NCBI GenBank assembly: GCA_965217895.1
Contig: CBDCJV010000002.1
Location: 2,432,001-2,496,000, forward strand
Direction of reading: 5' to 3'
DNA from: Waterburya sp.
Lineage (GTDB): Bacteria > Cyanobacteriota > Cyanobacteriia > Cyanobacteriales > Xenococcaceae
DNA: 64,000 bases
Part shown: one piece after another, positions 38,269-48,487 of the stretch
How the letters are laid out: each line of letters starts with the position of its first letter
Numbering within the stretch: position 1 is the stretch's first letter
Notes under the pieces: model-generated
What the model was told of the DNA's origin: nothing
The model's database searches: none
Seen by the model: the letters and a program-made list of their open reading frames with translations, nothing else
Position numbers and translations under genes: made by a program

Positions 38269-39495
38269 TTGAACAGAAAAACTATATTTGTTGAAATTTT
38301 AACCGTGAGGCAATATCTTGAATACTTAATTCCTTTTGTCAATCCTAAAATTAAGTTTTGGACATGGGAAGCTCGCTTATTGAATTGGTTAACCTGTGTT
38401 TGGTTGATTATTGGTTTGGTTACTTTAGTATCAGCGTCTTATCCTGAAGGAGTTGTAAACAACAATGATGGGCTATACATTTTAAAACGACAGCTAATTG
38501 GCGTTGGTGTGGGAATTATTGGATTCAACTTGATGGCAAATCAGCCCCTCAAAAAAACTATCAGGATTTCTCCTCTGATGGTTTTGGTTTTTCTTCTATT
38601 TATCTTTGTTACTTTGATTCCAGGTTTAGGCAAGACAACGATGGGAGCTAGTCGCTGGATTGCTATTGGACCATTTTCATTACAGCCATCAGAATTAATC
38701 AAACCTTTCCTCGTACTACAGGCAGCTTATTTATTCTCTCGCTGGGGAAGGCTAACAAATAAGATACGTCTAGCTTGGCTAGCTGTGTTTGCGTTGGTAT
38801 TAGCAGGAATTCTCAAACAGCCCAATTTAAGTACTACGGGATTATGTGGCATGAGTTTGTGGTTAATTGCTTTAGCAGCAGAATTGCCCTGGAGTCAGCT
38901 AATGGCAGTTTCTCTGGGTGGAATCAGCATCGCTAGCTTAAGTATTGCTTTAAATTCTTATCAGCTAGACCGAATTACTTCTTTTATTAATCCCTGGAAA
39001 GATTATCATAATAAGGGATACCAGCTAATTCAAAGCTTGCTGGCGATCGCCTCAGGCAAATTTGATGGTTCGGGTTTTGGATTATCGCAACAAAAATTAT
39101 CATACTTACCAATTCGCTCTACAGACTTTATTTTTGCGGTTTATGCCGAGGAATTTGGCTTTATTGGCTGTGTGCTACTATTATTGCTGATTATTGGCTA
39201 TGGAACACTAGCTTTGAGGGTAGCCATTAAATGTCGCCAAAGTATCCCCAGATTAGTCGCCGTAGGAAGTATGGTATTTATCGTTGGTCAATCATTAATC
39301 AACATTGGGGTGGCAACAGGTTCTTTGCCTACTACTGGACTGCCTTTACCCTTCTTTAGCTATGGCATCAATTCAATTATTGCCTCATTATTGCTGGCTG
39401 GATTATTGGTGCGAGTTGCCAGAGAAAGCAACACCGCTCAGGTAATTAACCTTAAAGGAATTTCTCCGACTCAGCAGCCCTTGACTAGGAGATAA
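38269..39495 (+). CDS. ftsW: SEDS family cell division protein
   Basis: GASRWI, LQPSELIKP, KQPNLST, GYQLIQSL, TDFIFAVYAEEFG, LPTTGLPLPFFSYG. Exact start uncertain. Confidence 0.9.
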   Translation: MNRKTIFVEILTVRQYLEYLIPFVNPKIKFWTWEARLLNWLTCVWLIIGLVTLVSASYPEGVVNNNDGLYILKRQLIGVGVGIIGFNLMANQPLKKTIRISPLMVLVFLLFIFVTLIPGLGKTTMGASRWIAIGPFSLQPSELIKPFLVLQAAYLFSRWGRLTNKIRLAWLAVFALVLAGILKQPNLSTTGLCGMSLWLIALAAELPWSQLMAVSLGGISIASLSIALNSYQLDRITSFINPWKDYHNKGYQLIQSLLAIASGKFDGSGFGLSQQKLSYLPIRSTDFIFAVYAEEFGFIGCVLLLLLIIGYGTLALRVAIKCRQSIPRLVAVGSMVFIVGQSLINIGVATGSLPTTGLPLPFFSYGINSIIASLLLAGLLVRVARESNTAQVINLKGISPTQQPLTRR

Positions 39496-39598
39496 AAAAC
39501 GATTATACGATAGGGCATCTAAACTTAATTAAGATTAAATTAGTAATCAAAATAAATCTCATAAAAATTTCTGCCTTATTTTCTAATCTGGATTAACT

Positions 39599-42500
39599 AT
39601 GTCCACTCCCGACAGGTATTTGCTCAATTCTGCCTTTGAAGTCACTAATTCCGAGAAAAAAATGCACGTTCCAGGCTCAATTATTGGCAATCGTTATCAG
39701 ATTATTCAAAAGTTAGGTAGAGAAGAAATAAGAAAAACTTACTTAGCTAAAGATTTGCAGGCTACAGGAGATGCTAGATGTGCTGTGGAGCAGTTAAGCC
39801 CAGTCTGTAATGAGACAAATTGGCAGCTTATTAAGCAGCACTTAATCAAAGAAGTAGAGGTTCTTAAAAGACTGGGAGATCACCCCCAAATCCCGCAATT
39901 TTACAATTACTTTAGCGAAGATCGGCAATTTTATCTGATTCGAGAGTATATTGATGGGGACAATTTAGAGCAGGAAGTCGAACGAAAACTACTAGATGAA
40001 GCCGAAGTAATTCATCTAATGCAGGATGCCTTGAGAATTCTTGATTTTGTTCATAAAACAAACGTTATTCATGGTGATGTTAAACCAATCCACTTAGTTA
40101 GAAGAAAGCGTGATAACAACTTTGTTTTAATTAATTTTGGGGCTATTCGAGAGCTTGAATCAACGGCACTCAATTTTCAAGGAGAAGTAATCTCCAGCAA
40201 ATCTTTAGGTAATTGGGCTTATATTGCCCCAGAGCAGCAATCAGGAGAGTCTAACTTTAGTAGCGATCTTTATGCCCTTGCTCAAACGGCTATTTATGCC
40301 TTGACAGGAAAATCTCCTCAAGAGCTTGAGCAAGCCAATATTACTTGGTCAAGTCAGTGTCAGATAAGCTCTAAGCTAGAGGCAATTCTCAGCAAAATGA
40401 CCTTATTCAAGATTGAAGAACGATATCTCTCTGCCCTAGAAGTTTTGCAGGATTTACGACCATTACTTAGGCTGAAGCAGGTGGTAGGAGGACGTTATGC
40501 TATCACTAATTATTTAGGCGGAAAAAAACGCATAGAAACCTATTTAGCCGACAACCTGCGCCGTCAATATCAGTCTCCTTGTTTAATTAAGCAAATTGAA
40601 TTACCGAATGTTCAGGGTGATGGCGAGACAAAAATAGAAAAGCGTTTTGCTGAAGAATTATCAATTTTAGAAAGGCTGGGTTATCACGAGCAAATTCCTC
40701 AGCTTCGGGATCATTTTACCGAAAATGATGAATTTTACTTGGTTCAAGAATATATTCCTGGAGAAAATCTAGCTCAGAAAATAGAGCAGCAAGCTTTATC
40801 CACCGCTCAAATAATCAATATTTTAATTAGTACTCTAGGTGTTCTGCATTTTATTCATCAAAACCGTATTATTCATCGTAATATCAGACCTTCTAATTTA
40901 CTAATTTGCCCAGCAGATCAGCAGGTGGTAATTACTGACTTTGGAACTTTGGCAGATATTGCAACTTTGCCCAATGCTACTTTAGATCCTAGTCAAAGTC
41001 AGGATAAACAAAACTATTGCTCTCCTGAACAAATCGCTGGTAGACCAACTATTAGCAGCGATCTTTATGCTTTGGGTATGACAGCAATAGAGGCTCTGAC
41101 TAAAACTAAACCAGGTAGGTTTTCTAGAGATAGACAAACGGGTAAGCTACTATGGCAGGAAAATCTGGTGGTCGATCGCCGTTTTGCCAAAATTATTGAC
41201 AAAATGGTTTGTTTGGATTTAGGTCAACGTTATCAATCTGCTTCCAAGATTCTTGATGATCTGCAAAAAATTAAATCTGTTTCTAAGTTGGCTACTAGAA
41301 AACCGCTACAGCAGAAAAAAAGGAAAGCTGCAGGTCATCGACAGTCTCAATTTAAACTACCTGTATTACCAGCTTTAATCGGATTGTTAGGTCTAATCTG
41401 TTTATTAGGCAGTATTGAATTTGCTTTTCCTACAGTTAGACCAATTTATTACTGGTATCAAGGCAAAAAACTATTATCTAAAAAACCTCAAGCTGCTCTC
41501 AACAATTTTACAAAAGCCATCGATCTTAAACCCAGTAGTTTCCTGGCTTGGTCAGGGAGAGGAGATGCTTTATCTAATTTAGGACGTTATCCCCAAGCTT
41601 TGGGAGCATATTCTGAAGCAATTAAATTGAGTAAAGCCAACTTTAAAATTTGGAAAAAACAGGGAGACAGCTATTATCAATTAGAACAGTTTACTAAAGC
41701 GATCGCTGCTTATAATCGCGCTTTAGAATTAGAACAAAACGATGCAGAATTATATAATCACAAAGGTAAAGCTCTATATGAGTTACAGAACTATGATGCA
41801 GCTTTAACTATGCAGGACTCTGCTATAGCCTTAGATGAGTCTAATGCTGAGTTTTTGAGCGATCGCGCTAAGAATTTACTGGCATTAAATAAATATGACG
41901 ATGCTTTGACGGTGTTTAATCGAGTTCAGGCAATTAAACCTTTGGACGTAGAACTATGGCAAGATAAACCTTTGGTCTTAGCAGCTTTAAACCGTCCTCA
42001 AGAAGCAAAGCAAGTCTATCAGGAAATTATTGCCAACTATCAAAAATTGCTGCAAAAACCGCCTCAAGATGCCCAAATATGGCTGACACAAGCAGAGTTT
42101 TTTACCAATAGTCAAATGTACCAAAAAGCCCTCAATTCCTTTGAACAGGCAATTAAGTTAAAACCCGATTTCTACCAGGCTTGGCTGGGCAAAGGCAAAG
42201 TTTTAGCAGAATTAGATCGCCCTCAAGAAGCTTTAACCGCCTTGGACAAAGCTTTGCAAATTCAATCAGAATCATATCTAGCTTGGCAAGCAAAGGGTCA
42301 AGTATATCAAAATCAGCAAAATTTAGCTCTAGCGATCGCCAGCTACAATCAGGCTATTAGCCTTAACCCTAGTTATGCTCCGCTTTGGCGCGATCGCGGA
42401 TTGGCATTTAATCAGCAACAGAACTACACTAAAGGCATTGAATCTTTAACTAAAGCTAGCAAAATTGCGCCCCAAGATCAGGCTACCTGGGTCGGTTTAG

Positions 42501-42730
42501 CTACTGCATGGGATATGATTGGGGAAGATAATAAAGCCTTAACTGCTTTAGATCGCGCCCTAGAAGTTCAACCGCAAAATGTTGATGCTTGGAGTCAAAA
42601 AGGTTTGATTTACACCAAGAATGCTCAATACAATGAAGCCTGTCAGACCTATCGGCAATCTCGTTCAGCCATTCCTAATTCCCAAACAATCCTTGATTCT
42701 ATGAGAACTTTGGGCTGTCGAATTCAATAG
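39599..42730 (+). CDS. Tandem Ser/Thr kinase-like domains, TM helix and TPR array
   Basis: Two PKc-like domains (HPQIPQFY..IHGDVKP..APEQ..SDLYALA and HEQIPQL..IHRNIRP..DFG..SPEQ..SDLYALG), TM LPALIGLLGLICLLG, then many TPRs. Confidence 0.9.
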   Translation: MSTPDRYLLNSAFEVTNSEKKMHVPGSIIGNRYQIIQKLGREEIRKTYLAKDLQATGDARCAVEQLSPVCNETNWQLIKQHLIKEVEVLKRLGDHPQIPQFYNYFSEDRQFYLIREYIDGDNLEQEVERKLLDEAEVIHLMQDALRILDFVHKTNVIHGDVKPIHLVRRKRDNNFVLINFGAIRELESTALNFQGEVISSKSLGNWAYIAPEQQSGESNFSSDLYALAQTAIYALTGKSPQELEQANITWSSQCQISSKLEAILSKMTLFKIEERYLSALEVLQDLRPLLRLKQVVGGRYAITNYLGGKKRIETYLADNLRRQYQSPCLIKQIELPNVQGDGETKIEKRFAEELSILERLGYHEQIPQLRDHFTENDEFYLVQEYIPGENLAQKIEQQALSTAQIINILISTLGVLHFIHQNRIIHRNIRPSNLLICPADQQVVITDFGTLADIATLPNATLDPSQSQDKQNYCSPEQIAGRPTISSDLYALGMTAIEALTKTKPGRFSRDRQTGKLLWQENLVVDRRFAKIIDKMVCLDLGQRYQSASKILDDLQKIKSVSKLATRKPLQQKKRKAAGHRQSQFKLPVLPALIGLLGLICLLGSIEFAFPTVRPIYYWYQGKKLLSKKPQAALNNFTKAIDLKPSSFLAWSGRGDALSNLGRYPQALGAYSEAIKLSKANFKIWKKQGDSYYQLEQFTKAIAAYNRALELEQNDAELYNHKGKALYELQNYDAALTMQDSAIALDESNAEFLSDRAKNLLALNKYDDALTVFNRVQAIKPLDVELWQDKPLVLAALNRPQEAKQVYQEIIANYQKLLQKPPQDAQIWLTQAEFFTNSQMYQKALNSFEQAIKLKPDFYQAWLGKGKVLAELDRPQEALTALDKALQIQSESYLAWQAKGQVYQNQQNLALAIASYNQAISLNPSYAPLWRDRGLAFNQQQNYTKGIESLTKASKIAPQDQATWVGLATAWDMIGEDNKALTALDRALEVQPQNVDAWSQKGLIYTKNAQYNEACQTYRQSRSAIPNSQTILDSMRTLGCRIQ

Positions 42731-42913
42731 CGCAAAACGAATCATAATAAATGGCGAGTAAAAATAGTAGTTCATCTTTTGAGATCGTTATTAATAATTT
42801 TTAAAAATAAATATAATTAATAAATAGAAACAAATCAGGTAAGCATAATAGCTGCTTGGTTATCTAGTAATTCACAATTTTTTATACATAATGTGTAGGC
42901 AGTAATTGGTATA

Positions 42914-43711
42914 ATGAGACATAAAGCTATGAGCAAACTATTGGTCCGTTGGTGTACAGCTTTAGGAATAGCAGGAAGTGCTTTCCTAGGTTCGGCAATA
43001 GCAGGTAATATGGCAGCATTAGCTTTACCTGAAGAGGAAGTATTGCAAAAATTAAATCCTGTTCCCGTATTTACAATAGCTGATGAACAGGGCGCGCCTT
43101 TAGTCGCATCAGGTGAAGGTAAAGACAAAGGTAAAGTAGCAGGGGTTTTTATCAGCCAAAATGATGCTAATCAGTTTGTTAACCAGTTAAAAACAAAGAA
43201 CCCAGAATTAGCAAGTAAGGTCAAAGTAGTTCCTGTCTCATTAGGGGAAGTACACAAATTAGCTCAATCTTCTCAAAGCCAACAAAATGCTCTAGAATTT
43301 CATTACGTTCCTCAAGAGGCAGCAGTTAATTCGGCTAAAACTATTGGCGAAGCTAATAAACAGCCATATCAGGGTGGAGTTCCCTTATTTGTAGCTAAAG
43401 GTGGAAAGGACAAGGGTTATTTAACCATTGAAAAAGACTCTCAACAGGTAATTCCTTTCTTCTTTGATAAACAACAGCTAGAAGACATGATTGCCAAGTT
43501 TAAACAGCAAAAGCCTGATGTAGCTTCTAGCGTAGATATTGAGGTTGTTCCCTTAGAAGGAGTGATTCAAACATTAGAAACTAGTGAAGACAAAATGTTA
43601 GAGAAAATTGTTTTAGTTCCTTCTGCTGAATCAATTAAGTTTCTCCAAAATGCGTCTGTGCAACCTGCACCTGGCGCAGCACCTGCTCCTGAGGCAGCAC
43701 CCGCAAAATAA
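42914..43711 (+). CDS. tic22: Tic22 family periplasmic chaperone
   Basis: LQKLNPVPVFTIADEQGAPL, VKVVPVSLG, GVPLFVA, IPFFFDK. Confidence 0.92.
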   Translation: MRHKAMSKLLVRWCTALGIAGSAFLGSAIAGNMAALALPEEEVLQKLNPVPVFTIADEQGAPLVASGEGKDKGKVAGVFISQNDANQFVNQLKTKNPELASKVKVVPVSLGEVHKLAQSSQSQQNALEFHYVPQEAAVNSAKTIGEANKQPYQGGVPLFVAKGGKDKGYLTIEKDSQQVIPFFFDKQQLEDMIAKFKQQKPDVASSVDIEVVPLEGVIQTLETSEDKMLEKIVLVPSAESIKFLQNASVQPAPGAAPAPEAAPAK

Positions 43712-43717
43712 TCAAAA

Positions 43718-44605
43718 TTGAATCTTATTGCTGGCGAAAAATTATATTATTGGTATCAACAGGCGAAAAAAACGGCGATCGCCTGCAAGATTGACCCAAG
43801 TGAGGTTGATTGGCTATTACAAACACTTACTAGTTTAAGCAGTCTCTCTCTTCGCTTAGGTTCTTGGCAAAATCAAGCAGAAATTGAAAGCACTAAATCC
43901 TTATCAGAGCTAAAGCAGCTTTGGCAGCAGCGTCTTCAAGAAAATCTACCAGTTCAATATCTGGCAGAAACTGTTTTTTGGAGACGTTTTCAATTAAAAG
44001 TTACCCCTGCCGTTTTAATTCCTCGTCCTGAAACTGAATTAATTATCGATCTTGCTGCTGAAGCAGCCAAATCCAATCAGCATTTTTCGGCAACACATTG
44101 GGTAGATTTAGGAACAGGTAGTGGTGCGATCGCTTTTGGACTAGCAGATATTTTTCCTCAGGCAACTATTCATGCTGTAGATTTAAGCCAGGATGCTTTA
44201 AATATCGCTCAGGAGAATGCAGGTAATTTAAAGTTAGCAAATATTAATTTTTATCATGGTAGCTGGTGGAGTCCTTTGAAGTTTCTCAAAGGTCAAGTTC
44301 AAGGAATGGTTTCCAACCCACCTTATATTCCCACAGATCAATTGTCTCAATTACAAATAGAAGTTGCTAAACACGAGCCTCAGTTAGCTCTTGACGGCGG
44401 TAAAGATGGTTTAGATGATATTCGTCATTTAATCACAACTGCCCCCGAATATTTGGTTTCTGGGGGGGCTTGGTTAATTGAAATTATGCTTGGTCAATCG
44501 GATCTAGTTGTTGAACTTCTAAAACGACAGGGAGAATATTATGATATTAAAATATTTGCCGATCTTAATGGCATTGAGCGTTTTGCCTTGGCATATCGAC
44601 GGTGA
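43718..44605 (+). CDS. prmC: Release factor glutamine methyltransferase
   Basis: VLIPRPETE, DLGTGSGAIA, SNPPYIP, HEPQLALDGG. Confidence 0.96.
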   Translation: MNLIAGEKLYYWYQQAKKTAIACKIDPSEVDWLLQTLTSLSSLSLRLGSWQNQAEIESTKSLSELKQLWQQRLQENLPVQYLAETVFWRRFQLKVTPAVLIPRPETELIIDLAAEAAKSNQHFSATHWVDLGTGSGAIAFGLADIFPQATIHAVDLSQDALNIAQENAGNLKLANINFYHGSWWSPLKFLKGQVQGMVSNPPYIPTDQLSQLQIEVAKHEPQLALDGGKDGLDDIRHLITTAPEYLVSGGAWLIEIMLGQSDLVVELLKRQGEYYDIKIFADLNGIERFALAYRR

Positions 44606-44618
44606 ATAAGTAATCAGT

Positions 44619-44644
44619 TAGGGGCGAACGGCCGTTCGCCCGTA
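44619..44644. repeat. REP-like palindrome
   Basis: TAGGGGCGAACGGCCGTTCGCCCGTA, nearly identical to 7591-7616. Confidence 0.8.
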
Positions 44645-44664
44645 CACTAGTAGTCAATAATGTA

Positions 44665-45264
44665 ATGGTTAGGGTTTCTCAAACGGAATTAATTAAAGGA
44701 GCGATCGCGGGTCAAGCCGTTAGTTTTCCTACGGATACAGTACCTGCATTAGCAAGCAAGCCAGAGCAAGCTAAGCTTATTTTTCAACTCAAGCAACGTC
44801 CTGATTCTAAACCGTTGATTTTGATGGGCGCATCGATCGCTGAGTTATTGAGCTATACGGTTTATACTTCTGAAGAGTTAACAGTTTGGCAACAGTTAAT
44901 CGAGCGATATTTGCCTGGAGCGTTAACTCTGATTTTGCCCGCATCACCTAAAGTACCTAAGATAATTAACCCAACCAATTCCAAGACAGTTGGCATTCGG
45001 ATTCCTAACCATCCTATAGCTCTAGAAATATTAAAACAAACTGGTGTTTTAGCTACTAGTAGTGCTAATCTTTCTGGAAAAGATGCTTTAACTACAACCA
45101 AAGCCATAAATCAAGAGTTTCCCAATGTTTTGGTCTTAGACGATGCTGATTTAAACTCAAAAACCAAAATAGCTAGTGGACTCCCTTCGACAATAGTTTG
45201 TTGGCAAGATCTCAAATGGAAAGTCTTACGTCAGGGAAGCGTGACTATTGAATCCTTGAATTGA
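44665..45264 (+). CDS. tsaC: L-threonylcarbamoyladenylate synthase (Sua5/YrdC)
   Basis: FPTDTVPAL, KQRPDSKPL, PGALTL, VGIRIP, TSSANLSG. Confidence 0.9.
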   Translation: MVRVSQTELIKGAIAGQAVSFPTDTVPALASKPEQAKLIFQLKQRPDSKPLILMGASIAELLSYTVYTSEELTVWQQLIERYLPGALTLILPASPKVPKIINPTNSKTVGIRIPNHPIALEILKQTGVLATSSANLSGKDALTTTKAINQEFPNVLVLDDADLNSKTKIASGLPSTIVCWQDLKWKVLRQGSVTIESLN

Positions 45265-45407
45265 CACGTAATTCTCTTAAAAGGCCATGTTAAATTTACA
45301 AAAATATGTTGTGATAAACCATTAGCAGTTAAGATCTTTAGTAGACGTAAAATTGTCGATAATAGTGCATAATAGTCGGCTTGACTAAAGAATCCATCTT
45401 TTAAATT

Positions 45408-46193
45408 ATGAACGAAATTGATGAGCTAAAGGAAGAACTCAAACAGGCGCAGCTTGCTTATCAAATGGCAGCGCAAATGAGCCAATTTAAGGCGGGTTTT
45501 TTAGCTCGAACCTCCCATGAATTGCGATCGCCTCTAAGCAGCATGATTGGGTTACATCAGTTGATTCTCTCAGATCTTTGCGAAAGCCCAGAAGAACAAA
45601 AAGAATTTATTGCCCAAGCCTATCAATCTGCCTTAAAGTTGCTCAAATTAATCGATGAAATTGTAGCTGTATCCAAAACTGAATATGGCAGCAATCGATT
45701 AAACTTAGAATCTTTGCAGCTAGCAGAAATATTTAGCGAAATAGATCGCTTAACTCATCTTCAAGCAGCTAACCGCAATTTAAAATTAGAAATTGTTGCT
45801 CCCGATCCTACTACTACAGTATATGCAGATCGCGATCGCCTGATTCAGCTAATTTTTAACTTGATTGATAGTGGCATAGGTTTTATGAACAAAGGAAGAA
45901 TTAAATTATCAACAGCCGAGGTTACATCTGAGACGGTTGCTGTTGAAATAGATCTAGAATGTCCTATTGCTTTATGGCAAGAGCAAAAAAGCATTGAAGC
46001 AAATTTTGATAGCAGTGACTTAACAGAAATACGACAGTTTCTGCAAGAGATTAGCTTATCTGCAAATATGAAGCTGTTGCTATCTCAAACATTATTAGAA
46101 ACTATGGGGGGAAATTTAAAATTGCTAGATCTTTCTGGGCAAAATAATCGACAGCCATTGACTCGTATGGTTTTAAGCTGCAAGAAAGGCTAG
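45408..46193 (+). CDS. HisKA-containing histidine-kinase-like protein with degenerate ATPase domain
   Basis: FLARTSHELRSPL H-box, weak N-box (FNLIDSG), no recognisable DxGxG or GxGLGL. Confidence 0.8.
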   Translation: MNEIDELKEELKQAQLAYQMAAQMSQFKAGFLARTSHELRSPLSSMIGLHQLILSDLCESPEEQKEFIAQAYQSALKLLKLIDEIVAVSKTEYGSNRLNLESLQLAEIFSEIDRLTHLQAANRNLKLEIVAPDPTTTVYADRDRLIQLIFNLIDSGIGFMNKGRIKLSTAEVTSETVAVEIDLECPIALWQEQKSIEANFDSSDLTEIRQFLQEISLSANMKLLLSQTLLETMGGNLKLLDLSGQNNRQPLTRMVLSCKKG

Positions 46194-46349
46194 AGATTTA
46201 GTTTTTAAGCATTTAATTTAAAAGGGAAAAGATTATTTAGCAAATTATAAACATTCAACTAATAATTCTTTTCCCTTATCTAGTTGATAATTGTTCAAGG
46301 AGAAAGTGTTTTCTCAAAATAAAAAAACTAAATTTTTGATAATAGGTAC

Positions 46350-46523
46350 TTAATATTGATGATTACTCTTTTTAGAGTATTCTTGTTCCCAGCATTTTCT
46401 AAACAAGGTAATTTGATATAAATACCAAAAATGCCTAACATTCCAAATAGAATACTTATGAAAAAGCTGCTGATTAAAATATTGCCAAATTAAATTAGTT
46501 GTAAGTTTTATTTTTCTGTTCAT
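46350..46523 (-). CDS. Small hypothetical protein (57 aa)
   Basis: MNRKIKLTTNLIWQYFNQQLFHKYSIWNVRHFWYLYQITLFRKCWEQEYSKKSNHQY*. AAGGA upstream. The WQY.NQ.LF..CW pattern resembles small cyanobacterial hypotheticals. Confidence 0.55.
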   Translation of the reverse strand: MNRKIKLTTNLIWQYFNQQLFHKYSIWNVRHFWYLYQITLFRKCWEQEYSKKSNHQY

Positions 46524-46800
46524 CGACACAAATTCCTTGATTAATAATTTAAATTGATTTTAAAGTCAAGAGATGGTGGTATTTCTCAAACTCGAAATAG
46601 CCAATAGCGTGACAAAGACAATACACTTGGAGTAAAGATCCGCGTCTTCTATGCTTAATCGGCTTGTTGAATCATCTTCCTATTATTAATTTGCCCAATT
46701 AAATAGCAATCTCCATGCTCACAAATGCCTAAAAATAATAACCTACATACTACAAATTAAGTATTGTTACCAATTGTCAAAAAGTAATTTTTCTGTATAG

Positions 46801-47160
46801 TTAAGTTAAACTTCGAGTGATGTCTAAAGTTATTTTGCCACCAAAATCAGGTATTGGTGCTGCGGGTTTAGAAAGTTTGACGCGAACCTGATTGACTTTC
46901 TCTAGGCTTAATAGCTCATCGGCGATCGCACTAATTAACTTCTCAACTAGATCAAACTTAGCGGTGGTAATTTGTGACTTGACTATGGCGATCGCTTCTC
47001 GATAGTCCACAGTATCTTTAATATCGTCGCTGTGACCGGCAGTAGCCAAATCTACCCAAAGAGTGAGATCCACCTCAAACCACTGCCCTAAAACTCTTTC
47101 TTCGGGTAAATAACCCACATAACCATAGGCACGAATACCATTTACTTGAATTGAATCCAT
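46801..47160 (-). CDS. folB: Dihydroneopterin aldolase
   Basis: YGYVGYLPEERVLGQWFEVD, SDDIKDTVDY, KPAAPI. Confidence 0.95.
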   Translation of the reverse strand: MDSIQVNGIRAYGYVGYLPEERVLGQWFEVDLTLWVDLATAGHSDDIKDTVDYREAIAIVKSQITTAKFDLVEKLISAIADELLSLEKVNQVRVKLSKPAAPIPDFGGKITLDITRSLT

Positions 47161-47189
47161 TTTTGATTACTGATTACTAATTTTTAACT

Positions 47190-48338
47190 TCAATTCAGCA
47201 AAACCTCACTTATTTTTCCTGCTTCAACCGATAAGATTTGGGAGTCTTTGAGCCAATCATAATTAAAGCTATCAATATGGGTAGTGGTAATCATAGTTTG
47301 AAAGCGATCGCCAATTGCTTCTAAAAGTTGCTTTTGACGATTAGGATCGAGTTCGGCTAAGACATCATCCAAAAGCAGCAAAGGTGGTTCGCCAATGACT
47401 TCTTCAATTAGCTTTAATTCTGCTAACTTCAAAGCTAAAACCAAAGTACGCTGCTGTCCTTGAGAACCATAATAGCGAGCAGGTGTCTGATTAATTATAA
47501 AATCTATTTCATCGCGGTGTGTGCCTACAACCGTCTTGCCTTGGAACTGCTCTGCAACACGACGCAATTCAATTTTATGCAAAAAAGCCTGCTGTACTCT
47601 TTCAGGTTCATCTTCTGTCCATTTTACGTTAGGAAGATAGCCGATCTCTAGCCGTTCAGTCTCCCCACTGATCCATTGATGACAAGCTTGAGCAAGAGGT
47701 GCTAGTCGAGCGATTACCCTAGCGCGTCTACGAGCTACCCTTGAGCCTGCTGCTGCTAACTGTTTATCCCATAATCTAAGCTGAGGTTCATAAGCATCAA
47801 TAGATCCTGTTAACTCATCCTGTCTAATGGCACGCATTTTTTTGAGCAGAGCGTTACGCTGCCGTAATACCTGATTGTACTCTTGTAAGATGCTGGCATA
47901 TATTGGTTCAAGTTGAATCAATAAGCCGTCAATCCAGTTACGGCGAGTATCTGGCGCACCTCTAACTAAATCCAAATCCAGGCTAGAAAACTGTACTGCA
48001 TTAAGTACACCCAGAAAATCTAGCTGGCGACGTAAAGACTCTCGATTAAGAGCAACAGTTCGTCTCCCTTGTTTGCGAAAAATAATGCTTAGTTCACTAG
48101 TGCCATAAGCACGTTCTAGGGTAGCTTCAATTTGCCCAGCAGTGGCGGTATCCAAAACAAATTCGCGATCGCGACTGGTACGATGGCTCTTAAGACTGGC
48201 GAGTAATTCTACTGCTTCTAATAAATTAGATTTTCCCTGAGCATTATTGCCAACTAAAATAGTTTTTTTGGCAGTAAATTCTATCTGGCGATCGACATAA
48301 TTCCGAAATGAGCGCAGATGCAGTCTTTTTAAAAACAT
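47190..48338 (-). CDS. recF: DNA replication/repair protein RecF
   Basis: FRNY, GNNAQGKSNLLEA, YGSQGQQRT, LLLDDVLAELD. Start set at MFLKRL. Confidence 0.97.
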   Translation of the reverse strand: MFLKRLHLRSFRNYVDRQIEFTAKKTILVGNNAQGKSNLLEAVELLASLKSHRTSRDREFVLDTATAGQIEATLERAYGTSELSIIFRKQGRRTVALNRESLRRQLDFLGVLNAVQFSSLDLDLVRGAPDTRRNWIDGLLIQLEPIYASILQEYNQVLRQRNALLKKMRAIRQDELTGSIDAYEPQLRLWDKQLAAAGSRVARRRARVIARLAPLAQACHQWISGETERLEIGYLPNVKWTEDEPERVQQAFLHKIELRRVAEQFQGKTVVGTHRDEIDFIINQTPARYYGSQGQQRTLVLALKLAELKLIEEVIGEPPLLLLDDVLAELDPNRQKQLLEAIGDRFQTMITTTHIDSFNYDWLKDSQILSVEAGKISEVLLN

Positions 48339-48487
48339 TAGCTCCTTCCCCAAAGATAAAGATATTATCATCTTTATCCTTTTTATCCTTTAACGAGCCT
48401 GATGGTGATTGACTTATTGATGATATCCTGAATCAGCTTCTGATTTTAAAGGAGTGAATTGTTTAATTTGTGGGGAGTTTATTAACA

